64,000 nucleotides of DNA. Source: Lama guanicoe. Its lineage: Eukaryota. A model generated the notes under the pieces. The model did not search any database and was not told the DNA's origin. It saw only the letters and a program-made list of their open reading frames with translations. Position numbers and translations under genes: made by a program. Below, in pieces: positions 51,233 through 64,000 of this stretch (the stretch's first letter is position 1; each line of letters begins with the position of its first letter). The stretch lies in assembly GCA_013239625.1 (NCBI GenBank), contig MU056000.1, positions 13,653,175 to 13,717,174 on the forward strand, given 5' to 3'.

Positions 51233-51281
51233 ACACACGCGCCCATGCGCGCGTGCGCACACACAAACACACACACACACA
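51233..51281 (+). repeat. Mixed (CA)/(CG) alternating purine-pyrimidine tract
   Basis: acacacgcgcccatgcgcgcgtgcgcacacacaaacacacacacacaca. Confidence 0.85.
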
Positions 51282-53799
51282 TAAAAACCAAACTCTAGAG
51301 CAGATGTTCTAACCTTAGCTTCTTGAGGAGGGGATGTGAGAATAAATGGATGCCTTGAAATGATTTTCTGAATATGTATTGTACTTCTTTTGGAAACAAA
51401 GTTTATAGCTTTTGTAAGATTTCCAAAGGGGTTTGTACCTCAGCCCTTTGATTCTAATTTGAGGAATTCCAGAAGCTGTGCTGGTTTATTTATTTATTCA
51501 TTTATTTTCTTATTTATTTAAAGAATAAATACTCTGATTATGTTTAAACATTTTAAACTTATAAAATAATTCCCTGCAAAATCCTGCAATATTTTTGTCT
51601 TAGAAAAAGAATTAGGGCTTTTACTCCAGTGAATACTAAATTCTTCCAACTTGCTTTCTCTTTCTTTGCTCTCTGTTGGAATCTGGCAGTCCTACTCGGA
51701 TGCCGTCGAGACTGCAGCAATTAGCTTCCTTTTACTGCACAACAGATGTTCTAAGTGTTGGGTTCATTCAACATGGGTTGGGATTGAGATATCACAGCTG
51801 CTGTAATTTAATTCTGGTGAGGTCGAAAAGCTTTATCATTATCAGCTCAACATATTCATAAAATACTATAAAACTTACACATATTTCCAATTAAATTGAG
51901 TTTCACTTAATCACAGTACATTGTAAACTCTACCATCTCCCACTGTCACATATGGTAGCTGGGGGAGCTAGAGTTTGATAAGTCAATATTCATTTCCGTG
52001 ATTACAGTCTGAGGGTTTTTTTGTGTGTGTGTGTGTGTATATATATATAACTATCATTACTGTTTGATTTTATGACAATACTGGGAGCAGCTGATTAAAA
52101 ACAGCAGGAAAGATATATTTCTGCATTGCTGTCTTATTTCCAGGCATTAGACAGTTTGAGGAACTTTCTGGTTAACCAAATTATCTGTGTATTTTCCTAT
52201 TAACCATAAAAAGATAATTAACATTTCTGAAAACCTACAGTGTTCACCTATCAGTGTTCAACTTCCTAAATCAGAGAAAGGTCAATAACTAATTTCAGAC
52301 AATATGAGATTTCAGTTCAAAAGGCTGTTTGTAGGATGAGCTTCCAGAAATGATTAATTTCCATCTCAAATAAAAAGAATAGCAACTACTTTGAAACAGA
52401 TTATTCCTAACTAAATAAGTTAGTGCAATCCAATTTTGTGATTAGGACTGTTAAAATAATTGAATTGACTTTGCAATTTTCTGGTCATTTCAGTTTTTAC
52501 CACTGAATCAGATCCAATTTGTATTGACGCAATCAAGTTGTGACAAGTGGCTTATTACTATAGCCAAAGGAACAATCTTGTGTCTTTTAAGGAAGCGTTA
52601 CTTTTATTGTTCTACAAAAGTTTTAGGTTTATAGTACTGGGTGAGTATACTTGCATATGTGATAGAAATATAAAATCTGAAAATGTAATTATTATCCCCT
52701 GTAAGGGAAGATGGGAGATACAACTGGGTTAAATATACTAAAGCACATTCAGATGCAGCATTTGAACACTGTTCATTCTGAAAGTAACAATAAGGGGCAC
52801 TTTGTAAGAAAGCATTGGTGCCCTCCGTGAGCTAAACTACTACAAATGAGGTAAGCTGTCCAGAATGAGGGTTGAGGATGTAACAGAATTGCTTGGAAAG
52901 CATTCAGAGATACTTACCCTCTCCTTCACCTCTCTCCTTCTCAAAGGTTTTGGTTCTTCCTGGTTTACTGTAACATTGGACATTAATTGTTTTAGATATA
53001 AATTGGCTTATATACGTCCTACATTCTTCTTCTTTCCTAATATTACTGTGATATTTTATGTCAGAAAGTCTCTCCTTGAATTTGTGAAGATGTGATCAAT
53101 GGGTAACCCAGTGAAAGGTGAGAGGGCACATTGGTTGGTAGATTGGTAAGTAGATGCAAAATCTCCTTTTGCATAGTCCCTGAAATAGCCAGGGGATGGG
53201 CATATTTAGCTGGAGTCACAGTCGGTTCCTTATACTGACTAATTTTCACCAATACCACCCTTCCACCATCACCACCACCATTACCACTACCCACATACAT
53301 GTATGTGCATGTCTTTTGAGAACCACTCTTCCCATGCCAGGGGATGCTCAGAATCTTTCAGTTTTCATTGAGAACAGTAATTTCTCTCACTGATTAATTT
53401 ATCAAAAGAAAGAAAGTTATTTATATATTCAGCTGTTAGCAACTTTGGGTTCCTAGAATTCATTCGTAATCAATACTGACAATAAATATATTCTTTGAAA
53501 TTTTACATGTATGTCCTCTGTCATTTCTCCCCCCTCCCTTTTTTTTTCTAATTTTGTCCTCATCACCCATTTGTTCAGTTATGTCCTCTGCAGTTGGAGG
53601 TTGTGAGGGGCATTCTCATTCTCACACCACAAGGCTCTCTGCAATCTGAAAGTGATTCTGCTTTTATACTCCATTTTCTTTCTTAAGGACCTTGCTTCTT
53701 GCTATGATATATTAAATCAACTTCTCCCTTCCTAATATATCTAACCTACCTCTCACCAAAGAATATAAATTCTTCCTAGGACATTATCATTGTAATAAA

Positions 53800-54909
53800 A
53801 TAACAATAACAATAGTAAATACAATTCTCCCTCTTGACACTGAATTGTTTCCATATTATACCACATTTCTTTAGTTCCCTTCCTGGGCATACATCTGAGA
53901 GTGCTGCCTCCCACATCCTCTCAAATTCTGAATCTGCTTTTTGCTTATCTGCTCCCTGCAGGCTGGATTCAGCTGCTACCACATATTTTTTCAATTCCTT
54001 GTTGCCAGATCATTTGGTAATTTTTCTCATCACGTTAAGTGTAATTACACCAATGCATGTATTCCACGACTCTTTCTTCTTGCAGTAATATCTCTTGGAT
54101 TCCTAGACACCATGTGCTTCAATTATCTACTTACATGTGTGGTTCATTTTACTTTGCCAGACCCTTTTCCTCATTCCACGTCACATCGGTATACCTTAGA
54201 TCTTTGTTTTCTTATCTTTTTATTCTCTCTCCTTAGATGAAACCGGCATCATATTGCTGTAATCAACATGTCATGCTGCTGTTTTTAAGTTTTTCTCTTC
54301 CACATAGACTTTTCCTTTGACCCTCAGTCCCACTTATCTGAATTCCTCCTTGAGATCTCCATGAGATTGTGTCTCATGAGTCGTAAACATGTACTAGGTA
54401 GAAATCCTGAATTATCTCCCCAAATCCATTCCTCCTTGAATACCATGTATTTGAAAATTGTGCCAGAATTTATTCAAGTATTCAAGCAAGAAATGTTGGA
54501 GTCATTTTGCACTCTCCTTTCTCTCTCTGTTATTATATCCAAACCTGAATACTTCTATATTAAAAAAACATTTCATAAAATCTTCAATATGTCCACTTTT
54601 CCTGCTCTCCATTGTCACTGCACTGATTGTTCTTTGTATGGGTTATTGAAACAGCCTCCTAACATATCCCCTGATGCCTTGACCCTTCCAATCCATTCTC
54701 CATTGAGCGACTGGAATAACACTTTTACGTTAAGTATCACATAATGCTATTTTCAACATAAATGATTTCCCACAGCATTTAGACTAAAATGTGGGCTCTG
54801 TTCCATTTGCCACTTGCATCTCATCTCAATAGCACTCTCTTCAATTCCATTACAATCCAGGCAAACAGTCTCAAGTTACTCCCACATGCCAGACTTTTGC
54901 TCATTATTT
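53800..54909 (+). mobile_element. L2 body fragment
   Basis: Pyrimidine-rich; tcaagcaagaaatgttggagtcatttt..tcctttctct..aacagcctcctaac L2 motifs. Confidence 0.7.
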
Positions 54910-55105
54910 TGTTACCCCAGAGTGGAAAAGCCTCGGTTCTTGTCTCCCTGAAAGAGAAGAATTCGGATGGGGGACCACAGCACTGTGCGGAAAACGGGTT
55001 TAAAGATTTTATTAGCAAAGCGAAAGTACATCTCCCAGAGTAGGAGACAGGCTGGTCCAACAGAGAAAGGCAGCCTAGGTCTTCCTTGGTCCCCTGTCTT
55101 GTACC
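54910..55105 (-). mobile_element. Young ERV LTR 3' (R/U5) fragment
   Basis: Begins tgttac (minus-strand GTAACA end); tttatt polyA signal ~55008; CpGs retained. Confidence 0.65.
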
Positions 55106-55581
55106 TGCAATTAGTGAAATGTCAGTGGCGGTAGCTTTCCAGATCCATCACCAGCAGTAACAACTAACAAGCTTGTACATAAACTTATTCTATAATTGTA
55201 CACATCTGTGCCAAACCACCCTGAGCTGCCCCATCGCTTCCACTTCCTATGAACTACTGGCGGATTCAGTCCTTCTCTTTTCTCTAAGCCCTGTGATATC
55301 TCTTCTCATCATTTGTAAGTTGAAGGAGAATCTCCTTTCTTTTAGGTTAATTAGTTAATTAATTAATTAGAGAGGCACTGCTATGCCTATGAATTCCTCT
55401 CCCCTAATGGCTGAGACATTTTGTCAAACAAAACACCTGATCCCACTGGTACAAAGACATTTCAACAGCAGGACTAAATGTGCCCACAGGGAGATGATGA
55501 CAATTACTTTTACTTAGACTAACTAAAGGCTATTGCTGGTGCCGTAACAGCAGAAAGACACCGTTAACCAGACAACGTTAT

Positions 55582-56134
55582 TGCTACTGAGTCCAAGCTT
55601 GTGCTGCCTGCTGCAGGACAAGCCAGTAAACTGAGGGATGAATTGTTGGAACAAGGAATGATGACTTTATCCAGAAAGACATCAGATTGAGAAGATGGAG
55701 GACTGGTGTCTGAAAGAACCATCTTAACTCAGTTAGAAGTCAGGCTTCTTTTATACTAGAGGGTGAGAGGATGTGGCTGGTTGTTGCAGACTTCTTGGTG
55801 CTGGCCAGAGCCTGGAGCGGATGTGATAATCTTTTGTTCTTGCAGCTGTCCGTGTAAGTCTGGTCATGAGATTCCTGTAAACTCCCAAGAAGATAAATTC
55901 TATTTTCTATTCTGCAACTTTTTATTTCTATGTGAATCGAAAAGTGTTATGGCTTTACAGGTCAAACCTGGGAGGCAGAGCCTTGAGAATGGACTCATGT
56001 GTATTTCAGGCTACAGGCAACATTCTTTTACAAAGGGGCAGAGGCAACACGATTAAGCACAGGCCACAGAAAACACAGTTTGGAGCTTAAGGGTTAGATC
56101 CAATAAGGAGTCAGGTTTGTTCTTCTCTGTTACA
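55582..56134 (-). mobile_element. Complete ERV1 solo LTR with 4-bp TSD TTAT
   Basis: TG...CA termini; TTAT at 55578-55581 and 56135-56138; ttttata (minus-strand TATA) at ~55750. Confidence 0.92.
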
Positions 56135-56280
56135 TTATCATTTCAGGGATGTTAAAATACAAAAAAAAATGTGCATTTTAGGGTCAGAAAAATAAAGGAT
56201 ATCTTGTTGACATTTTTCATTTGCCAACTCTGTGTAGACTGAAAGCTGCATGAGGGTATGTCTATTCTGTTCCCTGCCTC

Positions 56281-56745
56281 TGAGACAGGCTGGGGCCTGG
56301 GATCCTTTACCCCAGGGCTTGCACCTGCTTCTGGACAAATGTCTCCTCGAGCAGCAGTACAAAGGCAGTAAAAAGAGCTACATGCCTGCATTCACAATAG
56401 AGGCAACTGTGAACAACAAGATACAAAAAGGCCACAAACCAATAGCCACGTCTCAGGTACCGGGAGCAAAAGCAGGGTACTGAGCATGATCCTGCACACA
56501 GCACCGCCAAGGCGGTGGGCAGACCACCTAAGCCTCCCCTCCTGCCCCTCCCAGGGACCTACCTCTACCCTCACCCCATTTAAGGAACCAGCCTAATCTC
56601 CTGGGAAAGCGAGCAAAGGCACTTGTTACTCATTTTCGCTCCCTGGTGCTGCAGCATGAGTCCCAGTAAAGCTTTGCCTGAATTTCTCTTGTGGCCTTTT
56701 ATCAATTTTATTGATTAAAGAGCCCCAAGATGCTGACCGTTAACA
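56281..56745 (+). mobile_element. ERV solo LTR inserted in an L2 3' end
   Basis: TGAGACAGG start, TTAACA end, AGTAAA/ATTAAA signals; flanks tagactgaaagctgcatgaggg and atatttgttgaatgag are L2 terminus halves. Confidence 0.85.
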
Positions 56746-58902
56746 TCTTGAACCACAGGCCTAGAGTAGTGCCTGCCGCATACTGACTGTTCCACATATA
56801 TTTGTTGAATGAGTGTATAAATGAGTTCATATAGTGGAAAAACCCCTACAAATTGCTGGTTTATTTTGTCTCAAGATTAGCAAAAAGCACTTACTAAAGT
56901 AAAACCACTTCAATCATAGGATTCCTGATCTTCTTATATAAAATTTAAATTTTTAGCGATAAAGATTTAATATGAAAACCAAATACTTAAATTCTCTCTC
57001 CTTTTTTGTATTTATAATATTGAAAATATTTATTTATAATTATATTTTATAGTCAAAGATTGCCAAATTATCAAGTATTATATATAATAAAGTACCACAT
57101 ACACACACACACACACGACTATGTGGCTATATTTGACTGTAAAATATACTTTTTTATATATTTAGATACTAGATTAAAAGACACAAAGAAAAATAGATTT
57201 ATAATTTCATTAAACGTGTATATTTCCATCAAAAATTGGACATTCAACAGCTAATTTTTAATGTTATAAATATTTTTACCTTATCAAACTACCAGAGACA
57301 TCTCAAAATTCTGCTCTTCCCCGTAACTATCTTTGCAAACTGGAAGAATCTAGTCATATCATCTAAAGGAATCAAAAACAGTATGAAGACAATTTTTTTT
57401 CCAGAAAATGTTTGCTAATGTTTTGTGATTTCAATACATCGCTTTCTATTTAAAACTCTAATGGCTGTAGGCTTTGTTTAAAATAATTGGCAGTTATAAT
57501 TTTACAACCTATGAGGAGTGGGGACAGCTCACATAAAGATGTGTTTCGCTATGTGCTTAATGATACATCTCTCATCTCACAGAAGAGAAACGGCAGGATA
57601 TTACCCCAACAACGTCACAGCTGTTTCAAATTCCCTTACTTACTTGGCTCCCAGCTTTTATAGCTTGTGCAGCTGTCAGCAGCAATGGCTTTTTCTTTGT
57701 TAGGCAAGGATATGTCTAAACTTATAATTAGACCTCAGTTATGAAAATGTAACTAGTTAATCATAGCTTTCATTAGGGCTTTTTGCATTCCAAAGGGATG
57801 TGAACATAGCCAAAATGGTGGAGCACATCAAACAAAGCTGGCTTAAATCACGTTAGGGTTTATTTTCCAATTCATATAAAAATGTGCAACTTTACATATG
57901 ACTCATAATTATCATCTAAACTAATATTTAATATATATAAATTGTCTAAAATTTTTACATCACCTATAACGTCATTGTTGGTTCAATTATTTTAATTACA
58001 TCACTGAGATGTGTGTAAACAAAATAATAGTAACAATTTTAACCACAAAACCATCAGAACATTGTCATACTAATATGGAAAATCATACTCATATAAATAC
58101 AACTACAAAATAATGAATTATAAAATAAAATAATAATTTAACATAAAGACATGTTGGTTAAAGATAAACCACTGTTTAGTTTCAGGTTGAGTTAATTAAG
58201 CCTAGTCTGAGATATGATTTCTTGATTTTCACTTCTTTTCTCTAATGAATCTTTTGTGAAACTTTCATTAGTGCAGCCTGACCTTGTGCAACTAGTATTT
58301 CATTCATCCCCAAATCTTCATTCATAAACAGCACTGCTCTTTGAAGATGCCAACATAATTTTCAACATGTATCCAGAGATACAAAGGTAAATTGGCAGTA
58401 TTTGGTTAAAAGATGGCTACCTAAATCATGTAAAATACACTCAAAGTAATTTTTAAATTATCCCCCAAATAAAAATGTATTGAAACATTTGTAGATAGCA
58501 TGTGGGCTCCCAAGAATTTGCCAGCAAGCCACATCTTCTTATTTCTACCAGTTTCCCCTGGCCCTGCATTTTCATTTTATGAGTAGATTAAGTCCACTGA
58601 CAATCTACAATTCCTAATCAGGCAGCGTTTCCTTCTAATGTCTAAGAAGCATGAGTTTTAGACTTAGACTTAAGTTTAATCTAGCACTGTTATTCATACA
58701 TATACACATTTAATACTCAATGGCCAATTAAATGATCTTATAACAGTTAAATAAGCGGATTTTTTTTTAAAAAAGAAACAATATCATATATCACAACACA
58801 TGTGACTTTACTATAACAACAAATTTCCAGTTTCTGAATTGGAAATCTGATTTAGAGTTGTAAAATGGCATTCCCTTTTCATACATTTGTTAGTGAAAGT
58901 AT

Positions 58903-59349
58903 TGTCGACTGGAAAAAGTGCACAACCTAGAAGTGGAAAATTCTGTTTTCTGGGGGGCGTTACTGATGACTACAGCTCCCACGAAGGGCTCTGAGGGACT
59001 GTTCCACAAAGGTGAGGGAGGAGCCAAGATATACAGGAGTTTTTACTGGAAAAAAAAATGTAGTCAAACATCAAAATGTTACTGCTCATCACCAAAAACA
59101 ATCATCTCCAGTAAATAATTTTAGTGTTGTTCTATATATGGGAAGATGCAAGAGTCTGGGCTCATTGAAATTTTTCCTTTGATGTGTATCTTAACAACCT
59201 AGGGCCAGTATCCTGTTCTCCATCTTGAATTCCCCTCAGGGTGCACCATCGGGGCAGGTCCAGAGGCTGATGGCAGATGGCAGGCAACTGAATTGGCAGG
59301 CAATATTCTTTCTTTACCGAAAAGATAGGCAACATTTGTTTTATCCACA
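58903..59349 (-). mobile_element. MER41-like ERV1 solo LTR with 4-bp TSD GTAT
   Basis: TG...CA termini; GTAT at 58899-58902 and 59350-59353; family name from recall. Confidence 0.88.
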
Positions 59350-59993
59350 GTATTACTTATAAAATATTACAAGATGAGTCTGAAAAAGTACTAATCTTGT
59401 ATAATCTTAATAACCAAAATAAAAGGTCTGAGAAATCTGAAGACAAAACAAATGTTCTGAAACATAACTAAATCAAGATAATTATGGAAGCTAGTAAAAG
59501 TTATAAGGACGTGGTATGTTTTAAGGATGTTGGTCAGATAATTGTCTTTCGAACTTCCTCAAAGTTAACTAAAATCTTCCACACATATGCAATTTAGTCA
59601 GCTGTGTGCTACTCACACAGTAAACTGGACTGATAAAATATTAAGAATAATCTACTTGCCCTTAAAATATCCAAGTGGAGTATATATTGGTTGAAATCCT
59701 CGAATGAGTAGCCTTAACATTTTTCTGTTTTCCATTTTTCTTTGTGTCATCATACTTAGAAACGATCAGGTTTTTGATAGCCATTCTCCTAGTATTAAAG
59801 ATTCCCATTCAAAAGTAATAATATTCTGAAGGAGCAGGAAGTGTCAAACACCTACGATAACAGGTAAATGAAGCATGAACAGATACAAATGCGATGATCT
59901 TATGCTTCAGTTGAAAACAATATCTAACTTGTTGCTTCCATCTCTTTATTCATTATTACCACCAATTCATATCTTAACAGACCCACTATCTAC

Positions 59994-60760
59994 TGTCAAA
60001 GAGAAACAAAGTCTAGCACTGGTTAAAGGTGGCAAGACAGACTTTATTCAGTGCTCCTGCAAAAAGGAAGATACCCTAGTGTACCCTGAGCTGAACTCTG
60101 ATTTATTCAGAAGTGACTGGGCTTTTTCTAGGGAGAATGAGGGGGTAGGGAGTGGAGAATGAGTCAGCTGAATGAGTCAGGAAAGTACAAAATTACAAAA
60201 AAAAATAGTAAGAGGGTGGCTCACTGTGATGAGACCATCTGTGTGTGCTAACTGGCGCTTTAGTAAGATTCTACCCTCCCACAAAGACTGGGAGGCAGGT
60301 GTCCTAGATTTCTTTTATTTTTTAATCTTTTTTTTTTGAAGCACCATCAGTTACAATATGTCAATTTCTTGTGTACAGCACACTGTCCCAGTCATGTATA
60401 GATTTCTTGATGATTATAAGGAATGGCTTCCATGTCCATGAAAAAAAAATACTCCTAAATTGTAAAATATGCATACGTATTTAAAGGGAGAAAAAAAAAG
60501 ATTTGCAATTGTCGACTTTCTAAAATAAATGGTCTAAGAAATGATCTAAAACTAAGTTTGAGACCTACTGTCAGGTGTTGGAAACTAGATTTTACTGGAA
60601 CTTAACAGTAAATTCTGTTAGCAGCCTTGAGCTTACCCAGGCAGAAGCTCACGGGAGGCTGAGTTGTCCTGGGGACATGGCCTTGGGCTGTTGAAATTCA
60701 GGCAAGAGTTTTGTAAAGTCTCTTCATGAGGGTAGGCCCTTTGACCAACTCTTTCCTGCC
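59994..60760 (-). mobile_element. MER34-like ERV1 LTR (right boundary uncertain)
   Basis: 60465-60545 aligns with the reverse complement of 41580-41660; gactttattc polyA signal at ~60042. Confidence 0.7.
60315..60398 (-). mobile_element. 84-bp L1 3' tail insertion with 10-bp TSD
   Basis: T-rich tail plus cagttacaatatgtcaatttcttgtgtacagcac (related to 5415-5455); TAGATTTCTT at 60305-60314 and 60399-60408. Confidence 0.9.
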
Positions 60761-61539
60761 AAGAATTTTTGCACTTCTCACCACTCTATTTATTCCTTTC
60801 CCAGCCCTGCTGGCTTACCTGCTGGTTTTTAACGAAAATTAAATACTTTCTTTTAGACACAAGAGGAGTTGTTAAAAGTATGCAAAGACAAAGAATGAAA
60901 AACCTGCTCATATCTAGAGCTATACTGTATAAGACCAATTTTTGTTCCCCCACTCAGCACCTGCAAACTAAAACTGAAGGGGTAAATGAGAAGAGGGGCT
61001 TCCATGAATACATTGACTTTTTGGATATTTGGGAAAATTATTTGAATGTCACAGAGTAAATGTAGGGCAAAGTTATGAGAAGAAAATCAATGGCAAGGCA
61101 CTGAAAGGACCCAAGGAGAGGGTGAGAAATTAGGTCTCTACTGTAGCGTATAGTCAATAGAAAGAAATATATTCATATATATAAGGCTTTATACTGTATA
61201 TAATGTTTATGTCTTATATATAAATAATATATGTGTATACATATACATATATATACACACACATACACACACACATATACATAAATGTATATATTTAAAT
61301 ACCTGGTAGGGATACTGTTCAAACACCTTAAATAACAGGAGGGGTTGATAGGCAAATAACTTCTAACAGCCATAATCTTCCTCAAATTGTCATCAAAGGT
61401 TTGAGGGGTGTGTGTGTATATGCGCAGACAAAGAGAGAAAAAGATTTAAGTTTCGTTCAGTCCAGGACCCATGTAGTATAGATGTGTCTATGACCCTTGG
61501 AATTGATGGCAATCCTTAAATGATCAACTGCAAAAATAA

Positions 61540-61940
61540 TAACCACTATTTTTCGGTGGTCTGTAGATTGGCTGTGTGGTTTGGCTAATCTGGACTGGGT
61601 CTGGCCCAGCTGGTCTTGCTGTTGTTTCGGGTGATGGGTTTGGTGGGAGCTGGCAGTTTGTGCTTCTTCTCGTCTGATGACTCAGTTCTCCTCCTTGTGT
61701 CTCTAGTACCCCTCAGCTGGCTGGTCTGGGCTTGCAGACCAGTAAAGCAAAGAATAAAACTGCACAAAGACTCCTGAGACCTAGGTCCAGAATGGTCACA
61801 GAGTAACTCTTGCCACATTCCCTTGGTTAAAGAAAGTGAATTCTATCTGTTGAGAAGTTGATCCCTTTCTTCATGAAAGTGCAAAGTTCTATTTTAAAGG
61901 ATGTGAAAATCATAAGACCATTTTCAATCAGTTAATCCAA
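61540..61940 (-). mobile_element. Old MLT1 LTR
   Basis: cagctggctggtctgggcttg..acctaggtccagaatggtcaca..tgccacattcccttggttaaagaaagt. Confidence 0.7.
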
Positions 61941-62139
61941 CCTGGATTAGGAATTGTATTTATTGCTTTTATTACCTTAACTGATGCAGACAGTGTTGTC
62001 TTGTATTGGGTTTCACATTGATGGCTCAAGAAACATCAACTCTATTCATTGACAGAATGTTGATAGCCTCGAATTATCTACAGTGGAAGTATTTACATCA
62101 AAGAAATAATAAAATGCCATAAATCAAGGCTTTTATTTC

Positions 62140-62640
62140 CTTATTTATTTACACCTGGTTGTTAAATATTTACCAGCATACTATTGGGTTCATCTACTAA
62201 CAAAAACCTAAAATAATATGGCATAATATTTGGGAGATGAGAGACCAAAAAAAAAATGAAATTGGAGTTTGAAAAGTTACAGATTCATGTTGGGAAGTTG
62301 AAAAACTGGTAACACTGAAGCCTCTGAAGCCTCTAGATACTGGTGAAGAGCTTTCAAACCTGAAAATAATAGTGTGCAGTGACTGTCATTTGTTATGGAA
62401 AAATAGAGATGAGCCAGACAGGAGCTGGCTGGTTTTTGAGCAATAATTGAAAAAAACTAGTTTTTAGAGATTGAAGGCCTTATGAGACTGGAATCACTGC
62501 CTGTCTCGATCCATTGAACAATATGGGATAAAATTGAAAAAAAATTTTAGGAACAAAGTAAAACTTCTCATCGGGAAGAAGTGGCTTAGCTTTGCAGGTC
62601 CCAGGTGTCCCAGAGTCTGTCCTAAGAGTAAAGTCCAAGC
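62140..62640 (+). mobile_element. MaLR internal fragment
   Basis: actaacaaaaacctaaaataatatggca.. resembles the MLT1-int start. Confidence 0.45.
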
Positions 62641-62749
62641 ACTTTGTCACGAAATACTCTTCATGTTCTGTTTCCTTCTTTCTTTTCTGGTAGTATTTTT
62701 GCCTTTACCTTAACTTCAGCGATTCCAAGCGAGTTTGAGTAAGTGATCT

Positions 62750-63060
62750 TTTATCATTTCTGGACCTTTGCACTAATAACCCTTCTCTATGGGATGCCCC
62801 CCTTTCAACCACAAACTGCTAATACATAGTTATTCTGGGGGCTGCATTAATTGTCTTCTCCAAAATTATTTTTCTGACCATCCATGCACGATTTAGGTAA
62901 CCTTGTGACATTATATATATTATATTGAATAGTTGTCTTAAATATTTTTGACACTAGTTTCAGAGTTCCAGAAAGGCTGGACTTGTGCCAAATTTATTGT
63001 TAACCGTAGTGCAGCATGTGTACTAGATATTCAGTAAATAGCTGCTAAATTAAATAATTA
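62750..63060 (+). mobile_element. L2 3' end
   Basis: ctggacctttgcac..gggatgccccc..tattcagtaaatagctgctaaat. Confidence 0.6.
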
Positions 63061-63228
63061 AAGATAACATACATGAAAGTTTTCAAATATATGTTATCAT
63101 TTTCCCATTATTTTAGGATAAGAAAAAAATATTGATCGTGTCCTGCCATTATTTTATAATATAAAAGGAAAAAAGAAACATCAACAATTTATAATTATTA
63201 TAAGCAATTGATTAAGTAGTTAGATAAG

Positions 63229-64000
63229 TGAAGGCACCAGGCAGATAGGTGGAGGAGAGGGAGGATGGTCTGGAAGGTGGCGTTATGCTCGCCTTCAGCA
63301 TAAAGGGACTTTACTTTTTCTAAATGAGTGCCAGCCAAAAAACTGGTTAAAACCCGACAGCCAGGACGTCACAGTAGCAGAAAGGACTTAACTGGACAGG
63401 ACCCAATGTTTATTGTATTATAATTAACATTGTGGTTTAGGCCCCACCCACACCCCCGACGCCCCTGCCATGGGCTTTTCTGTATACATCATGGGTAAGT
63501 GAAGGAGAATTAATAAAATGGCCACACTTAGGCTAACAAGTTTTTGGCTTTATGCCTACTGCTTGCTTGTAGAACGATCAGCAAACCTGACTGACCAGAC
63601 ACTGCTCCCAGCCCCAGGCCCATTGTTAAAGCTAAAGTTGTTGATACTACTGTTTGATTTTACCTTATTCTGATAATTACAATCATGTTTGGCATTTGAG
63701 TCATTCCCCAGGAAAGGAGGTCACGGACTGATGACCTTCAAGATCACCAGGAGGTCCCATGATACCAAACCGACTCATCAAGATTTAGGAGGAAGTGCCA
63801 GCAGCGACCCTTGCTAATCATGACCATCTTTAATGCTCCCACCTGTTGTCATCACCTGTCATGCTCCAATCTGTTCATCTGTATAATCACTAAGCCCCAA
63901 CCCCAAGACGGGCTCACAGTTTTGAAGGCTTGAGCTTGCTGTGAGTCCCCTTTGCCTGGCAAAGTAATAAAGCTGTCTCTTTTCTTCTAAGCTCTCAGGC
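63229..64000 (+). mobile_element. ERV LTR running off the window end
   Basis: TGAAGG start, abrupt GC rise, TATAAT ~63881, AATAAA 63966-63971. Confidence 0.75.

Noticed and set aside
1..64000. CRISPR arrays, tRNA/rRNA genes, prokaryotic operons
   Set aside because: Mammalian DNA; no regularly spaced repeats or structural RNA signatures seen

Overview
AT-rich, repeat-dense mammalian genomic DNA with one 99-N gap. I can support no intact host protein-coding gene, RNA gene or CRISPR array here. L1, L2, MIR, MaLR/ERVL and ERV1 solo LTRs and hAT DNA transposons are present. I saw no Alu, B1, Bov-A, PRE1 or CAN SINEs; with the form of the young L1 3' UTRs this suggests a camelid-like artiodactyl (inference). 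Nearly all listed ORFs are L1 fragments or noise. The key observation is a degraded non-repeat segment on the minus strand at ~11.1-12.9 kb. Its stop- and frameshift-interrupted translation resembles bornavirus glycoprotein G, then matrix M, then the N-terminus of polymerase L, in that order. This suggests an ancient endogenous bornavirus-like element with the G-M-L order of carbo-/culterviruses rather than the M-G-L order of orthobornaviruses. Protein comparisons and repeat family names were made by eye against sequences recalled from memory and need database confirmation; repeat boundaries are approximate unless a TSD is given.
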